Source of the DNA: Penicillus capitatus
Lineage: Eukaryota > Plantae > Chlorophyta
Length of the DNA stretch: 64,000 nt
Reading direction: 5' to 3'
Assembly: GCA_965649825.1 (NCBI GenBank)
Contig: OZ287695.1
Coordinates: 1,413,188 to 1,477,187, forward strand
Below, piece after piece: positions 62,186 to 64,000 of this stretch. A program made the translations under genes and the position numbers. The notes under the pieces are model-generated. The model did no database searches, had not been told where the DNA came from, and worked only from the letters and a program-made list of their open reading frames with translations. How positions within the stretch are numbered: position 1 is the first letter of the stretch; each line of letters starts with the position of its first letter.

Positions 62186-64000
62186 GAGACGGCAATGGCG
62201 GCCAACTGACATCTGGCCGCCGCTGGAGGCCGACCCTCACGCTCTGGCTGCCAGTGGAGGCAGCCAGAGCACTCTACCTACCTGCTCTGGCCGCCGCCGC
62301 CGAAGACAAAGACAGGCGTCCAACCTGACGTCTGGCCGCCGCTGGAGGCCGGCCCTCACGCTCTGGCTGCCAGTGGAGGCAGCCAGAGCACTCTACCTAC
62401 CTGCTCTGGCCGCCGCCGAAGACAAAGACAGGCGTCCAACCTGACGTCTGGCCGCCCATGGAGGCCGGCCCTCACGCTCTGGCTGCCAGTGGAGGCGGCA
62501 ATGGCGGCCAACTGACATCTGGCCGCCGCTGGAGGCCGGCCCTCACGCCCTGGCTGCCAGTGGAGGCAGCCAGAGCACTCTACCTACCTGCTCTGGCCGC
62601 GAGTGGAGGCGGCAATGGCGGCCCACAGTCATCTGGCCGCCGCTGGAGGCCGGCCCTCACGCTCTGGCTGCCAGTGGAGGCAGCCAGAGCACTCTACCTA
62701 CCTGCTCTGGCCCGCGAGTGGAGGCGGCAATGGCGGCCCACAGTCATCTGGCCGCCGCTGGAGGCCGGCCCTCACGCTCTGGCTGCCAGTGGAGGCAGCC
62801 AGAGCACTCTACCTACCTGCTCTGGCCGCCGCCGCCGAAGACAAAGGACAGGCGTCCAACCTGACGTCTGGCCGCCGCTGGAGGCCGGCCCTCACGCTCT
62901 GGCTGCCAGTGGAGGCAGCCAGAGCACTCTACCTACCTGCTCTGGCCGCGAGTGGAGGCGGCAATGGCGGCCCACAGTCATCTGGCCGCCGCTGGAGGCC
63001 GGCCCTCACGCTCTGGCTTGCCAGTGGAGGCCGGCAATGGCGGCCAACTGACATCTGGCCGCCGCTGGAGGCCGGCCCTTACGCTCTGGCTGCCAGTGGA
63101 GGCAGCCAGAGCACTCTACCTACCTGCTCTGGCCGCGAGTGGAGGCGGCAATGGCGGCCCACAGTCATCTGGCCGCCGCTGGAGGCCGGCCCTCACGCTC
63201 TGGCTGCCAGTGGAGGCAGCCAGAGCACTCTACCTACCTGATACTCTGCCCGCCAGTGGAGGCGGCAATGGCGGCCCACAGTCATCTGGCCGCCGCTGGA
63301 GGCCGGCCCTCACGCTCTGGCTGCCAGTGGAGGCGGCAATGGCGGCCCACAGTCATCTGGCCGCCGCTGGAGGCCGGCCCTCACGCTCTGGCTGCCAGTG
63401 GAGGCAGCCAGAGCACTCTACCTACCTGATACTCTGCCCGCCAGTGGAGGCGGCAATGGCGGCCCACAGTCATCTGGCCGCCGCTGGAGGCCGGCCCTCA
63501 CGCTCTGGCTGCCAGTGGAGGCAGCCAGAGCACTCTACCTACCTGCTCTGGCCGCGAGTGGAGGCGGCAATGGCGGCCCACAGTCATCTGGCCGCCGCTG
63601 GAGGCCGGCCCTCACGCTCTGGCTGCCGCTGGAGGCCGGCCCTCACGCTCTGGCTGCCAGTGGAGGCAGCCAGAGCACTCTACCTACCTGCTCTGGCCGC
63701 GAGTGGAGGCGGCAATGGCGGCCCACAGTCATCTGGCCGCCGCTGGAGGCCGGCCCTCACGCTCTGGCTGCCAGTGGAGGCAGCCAGAGCACTCTACCTA
63801 CCTGCTCTGGCCGCCGCCGCCGAAGACAAAGACAGGCGTCCAACCTGGCGTCTTTCCGCCGCCGGAGATACAGACAGGCGGTCACAGGCGTCCAGCCCAA
63901 CGCTCTGGCTGCCAGTGGAGGCTGTCAGGGCACCTTACCTGATGCTCTGGCCGCTAGTGGAGGCGGCCATGGCGGCTTACCTGATGCTTGGCTGTCGGTG
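62185..64000. repeat. Tandem array 4: modular GC-rich satellite with a ~114-bp higher-order unit, degenerating at the window end
   Basis: Shuffled 40-, 31- and 43-bp modules, each starting GGAGGC, plus an occasional GAAGACAAAGACAGGCGTCCAACCTGACGTCT module. Confidence 0.95.

Noticed and set aside
61280-63800. GCTGGAGG as a Chi-like recombination signal
   Set aside because: It is one mismatch from E. coli Chi, but Chi acts through bacterial RecBCD; the match is expected by chance from the GGAGGC core.
61156-63942. Long ORFs across the arrays (e.g. 61156..61941, 62458..63051, 62603..63241)
   Set aside because: They are by-products of stop-poor GC-rich repeats; frames rotate with unit indels and lack credible starts.

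Overview
This is nuclear DNA of a photosynthetic eukaryote, most likely a core chlorophyte green alga. Evidence: plastid-targeted LTD, FtsZ1 and CBS proteins, plant-type PAS1 and KEG-like kinase, and TGTAA polyadenylation signals just downstream of several stop codons. The species cannot be assigned from sequence alone. Bases 1 to ~57,750 are extremely compact: about 33 mostly housekeeping genes with many ~45-60 nt GT-AG introns (at least one GC-AG) and intergenic gaps often under 100 nt. 5' ends are CpG-rich and gene bodies CpG-poor. This block includes an intronless AMT1/MTA1-clade MT-A70 protein (putative ApT 6mA DNA methyltransferase) and two paralogous Cys-rich type I membrane proteins. 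After ~57,750 the sequence changes character. It holds a GC-rich orphan Pro-rich gene whose unusually long first intron carries a 47-bp near-perfect hairpin, followed by four related GGAGGC-based tandem arrays (39, 50, ~95 and ~114 bp units) that run to the window end. I saw no tRNA, rRNA, CRISPR array or transposase/reverse transcriptase. Family calls come from motif recognition without database searches. Exon joins were made by hand, and CDS coordinates span first to last codon including introns.
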